From the NCBI GenBank assembly GCA_023129115.1, contig JAGMCR010000012.1:20667-84666 (forward strand): a stretch of 64,000 nt of DNA, in the 5' to 3' direction. Under the pieces are notes generated by a model, which was not told the origin of the DNA, did not search any database, and worked only from the letters and a program-made list of their open reading frames with translations. The DNA is from Candidatus Iainarchaeum sp. (GTDB lineage: Archaea > B1Sed10-29 > WALL01). The first letter of the stretch is position 1; each line of letters starts with the position of its first letter. Shown here in pieces: positions 1-7,136 of this stretch. Made by a program: the position numbers and the translations under genes.

Positions 1-19
1 GTGCCTGCGTTTGCAGGGT

Positions 20-652
20 TTATTCAGAAGCAGCCCTGAGCTCCGCGATTGCCGCGGCGCGGTCTTGTTTTCCAAAGATTGCAGTGCCAGCGACGGCAAC
101 GTCGACGCCTGCGCCGACGACTCTTTTGATGTTGCCGGCGGTGATGCCGCCGTCGACCTCGATAGTCCCGGAAAAGTTTTTCTTGAGCCACTCGATTTTC
201 TGGATTGACGACTCCATGAATTCCTGGCCGCCCCACCCCGGGTTGACGCTCATCACGAGCACGACATCTGCCTCGGAAAGCACCGGCTCAATGGTTTCCA
301 CGGGGGTCGGCGGGTTGATTGACACTCCGGACTTGATGCCGTGGCCGCGGATTTGCCTCAGGTGCGCGGCGAGGTCGGTGCTCGCCTCTGCGTGGATGGT
401 TATCAAGTCGCTCCCCGCGTCGGCGAATGCTTTGATTTGCTTTTCCGGTGACTCAATCATTAGGTGTGAGTCGAAAAATAGCTTGCTTTTTTCGCGTAGT
501 GACTCCACTACTTCAACGCCGAAGGTCGTGGGCGGGACGAATTTGCCGTCCATCACGTCGAAGTGCAGCCAGTCCGCTGACTCCACTGACTTGACTTCTT
601 CCGCGAGCCGGGAAAAGTCGGCGGCCAGCACGGAAGGCGCTATCAACACCAT
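20..652 (-). CDS. rpe: Ribulose-phosphate 3-epimerase
   Basis: IAPSVLAADF, LHFDVMDGKFVP, MSVNPGWGGQ and EVDGGI motifs. Confidence 0.95.
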   Translation of the reverse strand: MVLIAPSVLAADFSRLAEEVKSVESADWLHFDVMDGKFVPPTTFGVEVVESLREKSKLFFDSHLMIESPEKQIKAFADAGSDLITIHAEASTDLAAHLRQIRGHGIKSGVSINPPTPVETIEPVLSEADVVLVMSVNPGWGGQEFMESSIQKIEWLKKNFSGTIEVDGGITAGNIKRVVGAGVDVAVAGTAIFGKQDRAAAIAELRAASE

Positions 653-691
653 ACGCGTTTTTAATGAAATCGGGGTATAAAAGCTTGCACC

Positions 692-764
692 GCCTCGGTA
701 GCTCAGCTGGTAGAGCGCTGGTCTTGTAAACCAGAGGTCGGGGGTTCAACTCCCTCCCGGGGCT
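692..764 (+). tRNA. tRNA-Thr(TGT)
   Basis: Cloverleaf: acceptor GCCTCGG/CCGGGGC, anticodon arm CTGGT-CTTGTAA-ACCAG, T-loop TTCAACT; no encoded CCA. Confidence 0.95.
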
Positions 765-767
765 TTG

Positions 768-1373
768 ATGAATAGCACGATTGAGGAAGCTGTTTCCGCC
801 ATCAGGGAAGGCGGGATGGCCGTTGTGGTTGACCGCGAGGACCGCGAGAACGAGGGAGACCTCGTCATGGCTGCTGAATATGTTACTCCTGAAAAAATCA
901 ACTTCATGCTCAAGAACGCGCGCGGGATAATCTGCGTGCCCATGACGCGGGAAAGGCTTGGGGAACTCAAGATTCCGCCCATGGTCGAGGACAACACCGA
1001 CCGCATGGGCACAGGGTTTACTGTGACCGTCGACTACCGCGCGGGCACGACGACCGGGGTTTCTGCTTCTGACAGAGCCGCAACAATCAAGGCGCTCGCC
1101 GACCCTTCCTCAAAGCCAGAAGACTTCAGCCGCCCCGGGCACGTTTTTCCTCTGATGGCGAGCCCTGGCGGATTCTCTGAGCGGCAGGGCCACACCGAGG
1201 CCGCGCTGGAGCTCGTGAAGATGGTGGGGGTTGCGCCAGTGGCAGTGATTTGCGAGATAATGGCGGATGACGGGAGCATGGCCAAGGGAAAAGAGCTCGA
1301 GGAATTCGCGGAAGCGCACGGCCTGCCGCTGGTGAGCGTGCCCCAGCTCGCCGGGTACAGGGGTTTGGAATGA
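768..1373 (+). CDS. ribB: 3,4-dihydroxy-2-butanone-4-phosphate synthase
   Basis: DREDRENEGDL, TTTGVSASDRA, RPGHVFPL and GHTEAA motifs. Confidence 0.95.
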   Translation: MNSTIEEAVSAIREGGMAVVVDREDRENEGDLVMAAEYVTPEKINFMLKNARGIICVPMTRERLGELKIPPMVEDNTDRMGTGFTVTVDYRAGTTTGVSASDRAATIKALADPSSKPEDFSRPGHVFPLMASPGGFSERQGHTEAALELVKMVGVAPVAVICEIMADDGSMAKGKELEEFAEAHGLPLVSVPQLAGYRGLE

Positions 1374-1810
1374 CTGACGAGGGCTTCATGCGGCTTGCAA
1401 TTGAAGAGTCTGGGAAGAGCAGCATAGACCTGGAAGATGGTTCTGACAACAAGTTCACTGTCGGGTGCGTGATAGTCAAGGGCGGGGAAGTCGTGGGCAC
1501 TGGCTACACTGGCGAAGAGCCGTTCAGGACGCACGCCGAGGAAACCGCAATCCGGAAGGCGGGCGATGTGGCGGGCGCAGTGCTTTACTCGACCATGGAG
1601 CCGTGCAGCATCCGCCTGTTCACCGGCGAAAAGCCGTGCGTTGAATGGATTATCGGGGCGGGGATTACGCGCGTGGTGTACGGCGCGAAGGAGCCGGGCA
1701 CTTACGTGAACTGCCGCGGGCATGAACTGCTCGAGAAAGCGGGGGTCGAGGTTGTGCAGCTGAAGGGCATGGAAGAGGAATGCCTTGAGGCGTGTGGGGC
1801 GGGCGAATGA
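1370..1810 (+). CDS. Zn-dependent cytidine/pyrimidine deaminase (RibD N-terminal domain-like)
   Basis: HAEE and EPC..PC zinc motifs, VGCVIV; overlaps ribB stop. Confidence 0.8.
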   Translation: MTDEGFMRLAIEESGKSSIDLEDGSDNKFTVGCVIVKGGEVVGTGYTGEEPFRTHAEETAIRKAGDVAGAVLYSTMEPCSIRLFTGEKPCVEWIIGAGITRVVYGAKEPGTYVNCRGHELLEKAGVEVVQLKGMEEECLEACGAGE

Positions 1811-2658
1811 GCTGGCTCGTGCTCGTGCTGTTGAGCGTGCTTCTTTCGGGTATCGGCGCGGCCATAAACCGGTACGTGCTCCGCGACGAGCATGTTTATA
1901 GCTATAGTTTTCTCTTCACTTTTTTGTCGAGCCTGTTTTTTGTGCCGCTCATGCTGACAGAAGAAATCATTCTGCCGCAGACGACCGGGGGGTGGCTCAT
2001 CGTCCTGGCCGCGGGAGTCCTTTGGTGGACCATCAACATAATCGGGTTCATGGGCATCAGCAAGACGGATGTCACGCTCAGCAAGCCGCTCGCCTCCTCG
2101 AAAGTTGTGATTGTTTTCCTGCTGTCCGTGCTCGTGCTCGGCGAGGCGGTGACGGCGGGGAAGATAATCGGCACGATTCTGGTCATGGCCGGGATGCTCG
2201 TGCTGACGTGGAAAAAGGGGTGGTTCACGCACCTCCGCAGCGAGGGGGTGCAGCTCTTGCTCGCGGCGGCAGTGATTATGTCGGTCGTACACGTGCTCGA
2301 CAAGTACAACATGGGCGTGGTGTCGCCGAACTTTTATGGGTTCTTGATGTACTTCATTCCCGCGATTCCCTTGGGCGTGATGGCTGCGTTCCGCCTGCCG
2401 AAACTGAAGCAGACCATCCAAAACAAGTGGAAGGCGGCCGTGCTCGTGGCGGTTTGTTACGGCGCGATGTATTACTTCATTCTCCAGGCGTACAGGCTCG
2501 CCGACCTCAACGCCATTTATCCCATACTCCAGCTCGCGACTTTGGTGACCATGGGCATGGCGTACTTCTGGCTCAAGGAAAAGGCGGAGTTCAGGCAGCG
2601 CGTGGCCGGGGCGGCGCTTATGATTCTCGGGGCCGTGCTAGTGACGCTGGGTGCATGA
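1807..2658 (+). CDS. EamA/DMT-family transporter
   Basis: About 10 hydrophobic segments in two repeats, LGE..T..KIIG and LKEK motifs. Confidence 0.85.
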   Translation: MSWLVLVLLSVLLSGIGAAINRYVLRDEHVYSYSFLFTFLSSLFFVPLMLTEEIILPQTTGGWLIVLAAGVLWWTINIIGFMGISKTDVTLSKPLASSKVVIVFLLSVLVLGEAVTAGKIIGTILVMAGMLVLTWKKGWFTHLRSEGVQLLLAAAVIMSVVHVLDKYNMGVVSPNFYGFLMYFIPAIPLGVMAAFRLPKLKQTIQNKWKAAVLVAVCYGAMYYFILQAYRLADLNAIYPILQLATLVTMGMAYFWLKEKAEFRQRVAGAALMILGAVLVTLGA

Positions 2659-2752
2659 CGACCTGCAGACAGGTCAATTATCTGTCCGTGCCGGTTCGCC
2701 GCCAGCGGACTAATAGTTTTTATATACAATCAGATAGAATAGTCGCGCAAGC

Positions 2753-2827
2753 GGGTCCGTAGGGTAGTTTGGTTAATCCTACCAGCTTCGGGGGTTGGTG
2801 ACGGGAGTTCGAATCTCCCCGGACCCA
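2753..2827 (+). tRNA. tRNA-Pro(CGG)
   Basis: Acceptor GGGTCCG/CGGACCC, anticodon arm CCAGC-TTCGGGG-GTTGG, TTCGAAT T-loop; TTTATATA box upstream at about 2718. Confidence 0.93.
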
Positions 2828-2940
2828 TTTCACAATTAGGGTTGCCTCTGGGCACCCTTGCGGTGCCCAAGCCTACCGCGCCACCTGGCGAATCCCCAAG
2901 GATTGTCGGGGCAGCCCAGGTTTGGGCTGCTTTGGACCCA
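2828..2940 (+). repeat. Modular hairpin element E1 (after tRNA-Pro)
   Basis: 43 nt (2873-2915) identical to the reverse complement of 11619-11661; ends with a copy of the tRNA 3' end GGACCCA (2934-2940). Confidence 0.85.
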
Positions 2941-3014
2941 CTTATTTTTCTCGGCAAGGCGTATACTCGCGCGTATATTAAGGCCTATTCCGTTTTCTGT
3001 TTGTGAGAAAAAAT

Positions 3015-3650
3015 ATGATAAAACAGCAAAAAGCCTGGGTGGGCCCCACCAAAGCCAGGCTAATAGCAAGGCTTATGGCGGACGGAGCCGTCTACAAAGT
3101 TAAGTCTAATTATACCATGAAGTATGAGTGCCAGGACATGAAATTGTTAGAGTCGTTCGCAAATGACTTCAAAGAAGTCTATGGCCTCAAGCCAAAGAAG
3201 GAGTGGAACAAATCCGGAAAGACGGGTAGACTGTTACCAGGTTACCGGGTTAGGAGCATAGATGCCTACAAAGACCTCGTGTCTTACAGCAGTTACTACT
3301 CAAGAAAATGGAGGGTGCCACTAGAAATAATTGGCGCTTCAAAGGATGTGCAGAAGTGCTTCGTCCAAGCATTCTTTGACGATGAAGGCACGGTTCTGAG
3401 AAAAGTCAACCTGCTTCGGATGTATTCTATAAACAAACGTGGGCTGGAAGATGTGGGGCTTCTTCTCAGGAGCTTTGGCATACCCCACAAAATCCGGCCG
3501 GGCTTTGGTCTAAAGCGGAATGTCTACGCCATCGAAGTTGTTGGTAGAGAAAAAGTGAGGAAATTCTACTTGACTTTTGGCTCGATGTGCCACAAAAAGA
3601 AGGCTGCCATGGAAAGCATTGTAACAAAAACTAATAAGCAAGCTTTTTAA
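3015..3650 (+). CDS. Free-standing two-motif LAGLIDADG homing endonuclease (intein/DOD type)
   Basis: ARLIARLMADGAV and FVQAFFDDEGTV motifs, LLRSFGI; visibly more AT-rich than flanks; no intein splicing blocks. Confidence 0.85.
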   Translation: MIKQQKAWVGPTKARLIARLMADGAVYKVKSNYTMKYECQDMKLLESFANDFKEVYGLKPKKEWNKSGKTGRLLPGYRVRSIDAYKDLVSYSSYYSRKWRVPLEIIGASKDVQKCFVQAFFDDEGTVLRKVNLLRMYSINKRGLEDVGLLLRSFGIPHKIRPGFGLKRNVYAIEVVGREKVRKFYLTFGSMCHKKKAAMESIVTKTNKQAF

Positions 3651-3678
3651 ACTATCAAACCTAAAAAACAGCTAGAAC

Positions 3679-3839
3679 CCCCGCTTAGCATAGCCCGGTA
3701 ATGCGGCCGGCTGTTTCTGAGAGAGACTCCGGTTTCCTCAGAGGTCATAGGAGGATTGATGCGTTCAACGCAACGCGTCGTTCGAGTCCGCATTGCAGAC
3801 ACCGGCAGATCCCCCGTTCAAATCGGGGAGCGGGGACCA
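3679..3839 (+). tRNA. tRNA-Tyr(GTA) with two introns (3715-3748 at 35/36; 3751-3800 at 37/38)
   Basis: C1-G72 acceptor CCCCGCT/AGCGGGG plus A73-CCA; anticodon arm GCCGG-CTGT|AG|A-CCGGC is restored after removing two BHB-bounded segments. Confidence 0.85.
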
Positions 3840-3857
3840 CATTCTTTTGGTGGAGCC

Positions 3858-4568
3858 ATGAGGCCATACACAAAAAAAGCCGCGAAGTACTATGATTTGC
3901 TTCATCACCGCGATGTCAAAGACGCGACGCGGCAGGTTAAATTGATGGCTAGCTTGTGGCGGAAGAAAACCAAACGGGTGCTCGACGCCGCGTGCGGGAC
4001 CGGGCGGCTGTCGATTCCGCTAGTGAAAATGGGCTACGAAGTGACTGGGTTGGACATCACTCCTGCAATGATGGAAGTCGCGAAGCAAAAAAAGGGCAGC
4101 GACAAGGTAAGGTTTGTTGTTGGGGATATGTGCACCTACAAAGGAAAGAAAAAGTTTGACGCGATTGTGTGCGGAAGCAACACCCTGTGCCATTTGATGA
4201 CGGACAAGAAGGCGGTCGCGTGCCTCAAGAACTTCCGGAAAAATCTTGTCAGGGGCGGGACCGTTGTTTTTGACTTGTGGAACTGTGAGAAATGGGGGTA
4301 CAGCCTGGACGGCAGGAAAACGGTCAGGGAAAAAGGCGTTACAGTGCACTACACCGCAAAGGACAGGATAGACAAGAAGGCAAACATCCACCAGTGGGAA
4401 GACCGCGCGAAAATCGATGACCACGGTGAAAAGCTTGAGCTGGTTTTCGCGGGAAGATTGAGGTGGAGGCCGGCGGACAAGTGGATTAAGATGCTGGAAA
4501 AAGCCGGGTTCAAACACCCTGGCGTGAGGTACGTGAAGGACAAGATTTACGTCTTCGCAAAGGCGTGA
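3858..4568 (+). CDS. Class I SAM-dependent methyltransferase
   Basis: VLDAACGTGRL motif I, GLDITPAM, GDM, LVRGG; ATG chosen downstream of the tRNA. Confidence 0.9.
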   Translation: MRPYTKKAAKYYDLLHHRDVKDATRQVKLMASLWRKKTKRVLDAACGTGRLSIPLVKMGYEVTGLDITPAMMEVAKQKKGSDKVRFVVGDMCTYKGKKKFDAIVCGSNTLCHLMTDKKAVACLKNFRKNLVRGGTVVFDLWNCEKWGYSLDGRKTVREKGVTVHYTAKDRIDKKANIHQWEDRAKIDDHGEKLELVFAGRLRWRPADKWIKMLEKAGFKHPGVRYVKDKIYVFAKA

Positions 4569-4616
4569 ACGCACTTATTTAAAAAGGGATTGCTCCATAA
4601 CTATGCCCATACCCAC

Positions 4617-4690
4617 GCCCCTGTAGTGTAGTTGGTTTATCATCTGGGATTGTCGATCCCAGGACTCGGGTTCGAATCCCGGCGGGGGCG
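4617..4690 (+). tRNA. tRNA-Asp(GTC)
   Basis: Acceptor GCCCCTG/CGGGGGC, anticodon arm TGGGA-TTGTCGA-TCCCA. Confidence 0.95.
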
Positions 4691-4920
4691 CTGTCTCTGG
4701 GGGCTTTATGCCCCCAAGCCTAACGTGCCACCTGGCACCTGGCGAATTGCGCTAGGCAATTGCCGGGGCAAATCCCAAAGGATTGTCGGGGCATAACGTG
4801 AATCCCGCAGGACCTGGCGAATCCCACAGGATTGCCGGGGCACCTGGCGAATTTCCCAAAGGAAAACGCCGGGGCATTCTCGTTTGAGCTGAGTTTCAGC
4901 TGAAACCCGGCCCGGGCGCT
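4691..4920 (+). repeat. Modular hairpin element E2 with four nested/tandem CCTGGCGAAT...GCCGGGGCA units
   Basis: Units at 4731-4793 (interrupted by 4738-4770), 4813-4842 and 4843-4876; ends with a 13/15 copy of the tRNA-Asp 3' end (4906-4920). Confidence 0.85.
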
Positions 4921-4960
4921 CGGGGAGCCGTGTGCTCCCCTCCCCTCGTGGGTTCTAGTC

Positions 4961-5013
4961 TTCCATCGACGCTTTTCCACCGAGCGGCGGCCTTGTGCCG
5001 CCGTAGCAGAAAA
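4961..5013 (-). repeat. Second dispersed module (TTTTCTGYTAC-hairpin-CGCTCGGTGGAAAAGCGTYGATGGAA)
   Basis: Reverse complement matches 43343-43389 (25/26 in the core) with a different internal hairpin. Confidence 0.75.
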
Positions 5014-5051
5014 GAGGGAGATTTTTATACTCTTTTCTCTTTTCCTAACCC

Positions 5052-5303
5052 GTGGACATTGACTACGACATAATCAAGACCGTGCGGGAGCTCGAGAAGG
5101 CGGGGCACTCAGAGCCCATTATCGAGAAAAAGCTCGGCGAAATGGGCTTCTCTGACTCAGACGTCCTGGAAATAATGCGCCTGGCCCAAAGCGTGGACTC
5201 TGTAGAGGGCCAGGGCAAGGCAAAAACCGCCTTGCTGGCCTTGGGGGGCGGATTCGTGGTTCTCGTGGTCGTGATGGCGGTATACGCCCTGTTATTCACC
5301 TGA
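5052..5303 (+). CDS. Small hypothetical protein with C-terminal membrane anchor
   Basis: Helical N-terminal domain (..ELEKAGHSEPIIEKKLGEMGFSDSDV..) plus a hydrophobic C-terminus; TATA upstream. Confidence 0.7.
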   Translation: MDIDYDIIKTVRELEKAGHSEPIIEKKLGEMGFSDSDVLEIMRLAQSVDSVEGQGKAKTALLALGGGFVVLVVVMAVYALLFT

Positions 5304-5393
5304 AAAAACCGAAACGTTTATAAAGGGAGATTTTTACAACTCATGCACGCTCCGCTTACTGCTTTCTATGCAAGTTCTTAGGGGGAAATATGC

Positions 5394-5630
5394 GTGCTAG
5401 AAGCTGACTTTATCCTCAAGCATTCGCTTGTGCCCAAGCACGAGGTAATGTCCGACACTTCTGTTGAGAGGCTGTTCAAGAAGTACAAGCTCAGCAAAGA
5501 CCAGCTCCCGCGCATAAAGAACACTGACCCGGTAGTCGACGCCATAGGCGCCAAGAAGGGCCAGGTCCTCAAGATTTCCCGCGACTCAATCACTGCAGGG
5601 AAAGCAGTTACTTACCGCATTGTAGTCTAA
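5394..5630 (+). CDS. rpoH: RNA polymerase subunit H (Rpo5)
   Basis: HSLVPKHEVM, QLPRIKNTDP, YRIVV. Confidence 0.95.
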   Translation: MLEADFILKHSLVPKHEVMSDTSVERLFKKYKLSKDQLPRIKNTDPVVDAIGAKKGQVLKISRDSITAGKAVTYRIVV

Positions 5631-5653
5631 GTGCGGCTGGGGCTGCCGAGTAG

Positions 5654-7132
5654 GTGAGAAAAATGACCTGGGAAGCAGCTGAAGCCTTTCTAAAGGAAAA
5701 CACGCTAGTCAAGCAGCACCTTGACTCGTACAACCACTTCGCCGACAGGAAGATACAAAAAATCATTGACGAAGTCGGCGAAATCGAGTCGCACCAAGAG
5801 GGCATAAAGATAAAGCTTGGCAAAGTGCGGGTCGAAAAGCCGAGGATACTCGAGGCAGACGGCTCCAAAAGGAAGATACTTCCGATGGAGGCCCGGCTGC
5901 GCAACAGGTCCTACGTCGCGCAGGTGTTCCTCGAGATGGGGCTCGTCCAGGACGGCATCGAAAAGCAGACCGAAGAAGTATTCATCGGCGAGTTGCCGGT
6001 AATGCTCAAGTCCACGCTCTGCTACCTCGGGGAAGTTACTGGCGACGAGCTCATCGAGGCCGGCGAAGACATCCAGGACCCCGGCGGCTACTTCATAATC
6101 AATGGTAGCGAGCGGGTGCTCGTCTCAATCGAGGACCTCGCGCCGAACAGGGTTATCCTCTCCAAGGAAAAGAGGAGCGGCAAGGACGTCGTGATGGTCC
6201 GCATTTTCTCGGTAAAGGACTCGTTCCGCGCCAAGATTGGCCTCGAGAGGAAGCCCGAGGGCCTGTTCTACGTCTCGTTCCCCGCCTCGCCAAAGAACCT
6301 GAACATGGTGCCCGTGCTCAAGGCGCTTGGCCTGAGCTCGGACAACGACGTGTTCAAGGCATTCCACGACCAGCCAGAGATTATTAACGATTTGCTGCTG
6401 AACATGGAGGCGGTCAGCGTCAAGAACACCGACGAGGCCATCGACTACATCGGCAAGCGTGTTGCCGCGGGACAGCCCGAGGAGTACCGGAAGACCAGGG
6501 CGCTGCAAATCCTGGACAATTACCTATTGCCCCACATCGGGATTAACGAAGAAAGCCGCATCAAAAAGGCGTATTTCCTCTGCCGCATGGTCGAGAAGGC
6601 GACCGCCGTCGCGAGCGGCAAGCGCGACGAGGACGACAAGGACCACTACGCCAACAAGCGCGTCAAGCTGTCGGGCATGCTCATGGACGAATTGTTCAGG
6701 TACGGGCTCTCGTATTTCGTGAAGGACGTCAACTACCAGATTGACCGCGTGTTCGCAAGGGGCAAGAAGCTCCAGATAAAGACCTTGGTCCGGCCGGACG
6801 CGATGACGGACAGGATTCGCTACGCAATGGCCACGGGCAACTGGGTCGGCGGGCGCACAGGCGTTTCACAATTACTGGACAGGACGACGTACTTGTCGGC
6901 GCTGTCGCACCTGCGGAGGGTTATCTCGCCGCTCTCGAAAGTGCACCCCCACTTCGAGGCAAGGGACTTGCACCCGACGCACTGGGGCAAGATCGACCCC
7001 AACGAGACGCCGGAGGGGCAGAGCTGTGGGCTCGTCAAGAACTTCGCCCTCGGCACGATTGTCACGTCGGACTATCCCGAGGAAAAGGTCGAGGAAGCGC
7101 TCGAAAAGCTCGGGGTGAGCTTCAAGAGGTGA
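5654..7132 (+). CDS. rpoB2: RNA polymerase subunit B'' (Rpo2N)
   Basis: GGYFIINGSERV, DDKDHYANKR, ETPEGQSCGLVKN. Confidence 0.95.
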   Translation: MRKMTWEAAEAFLKENTLVKQHLDSYNHFADRKIQKIIDEVGEIESHQEGIKIKLGKVRVEKPRILEADGSKRKILPMEARLRNRSYVAQVFLEMGLVQDGIEKQTEEVFIGELPVMLKSTLCYLGEVTGDELIEAGEDIQDPGGYFIINGSERVLVSIEDLAPNRVILSKEKRSGKDVVMVRIFSVKDSFRAKIGLERKPEGLFYVSFPASPKNLNMVPVLKALGLSSDNDVFKAFHDQPEIINDLLLNMEAVSVKNTDEAIDYIGKRVAAGQPEEYRKTRALQILDNYLLPHIGINEESRIKKAYFLCRMVEKATAVASGKRDEDDKDHYANKRVKLSGMLMDELFRYGLSYFVKDVNYQIDRVFARGKKLQIKTLVRPDAMTDRIRYAMATGNWVGGRTGVSQLLDRTTYLSALSHLRRVISPLSKVHPHFEARDLHPTHWGKIDPNETPEGQSCGLVKNFALGTIVTSDYPEEKVEEALEKLGVSFKR

Positions 7133-7136
7133 GTGG

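Noticed and set aside
2659-2710. Two small hairpins between the EamA gene and tRNA-Pro
   Set aside because: No clear sequence match to the repeat modules; may be an ordinary terminator region.
3711-3720. Reading the 3679 tRNA as Asn(GTT)
   Set aside because: C1-G72 and A73 are archaeal Tyr identity elements, and BHB-guided splicing yields GTA.
4731-4876. Possible mini-CRISPR array
   Set aside because: Units are nested or abutting hairpins without unique regularly sized spacers, and there are no cas genes in the window.
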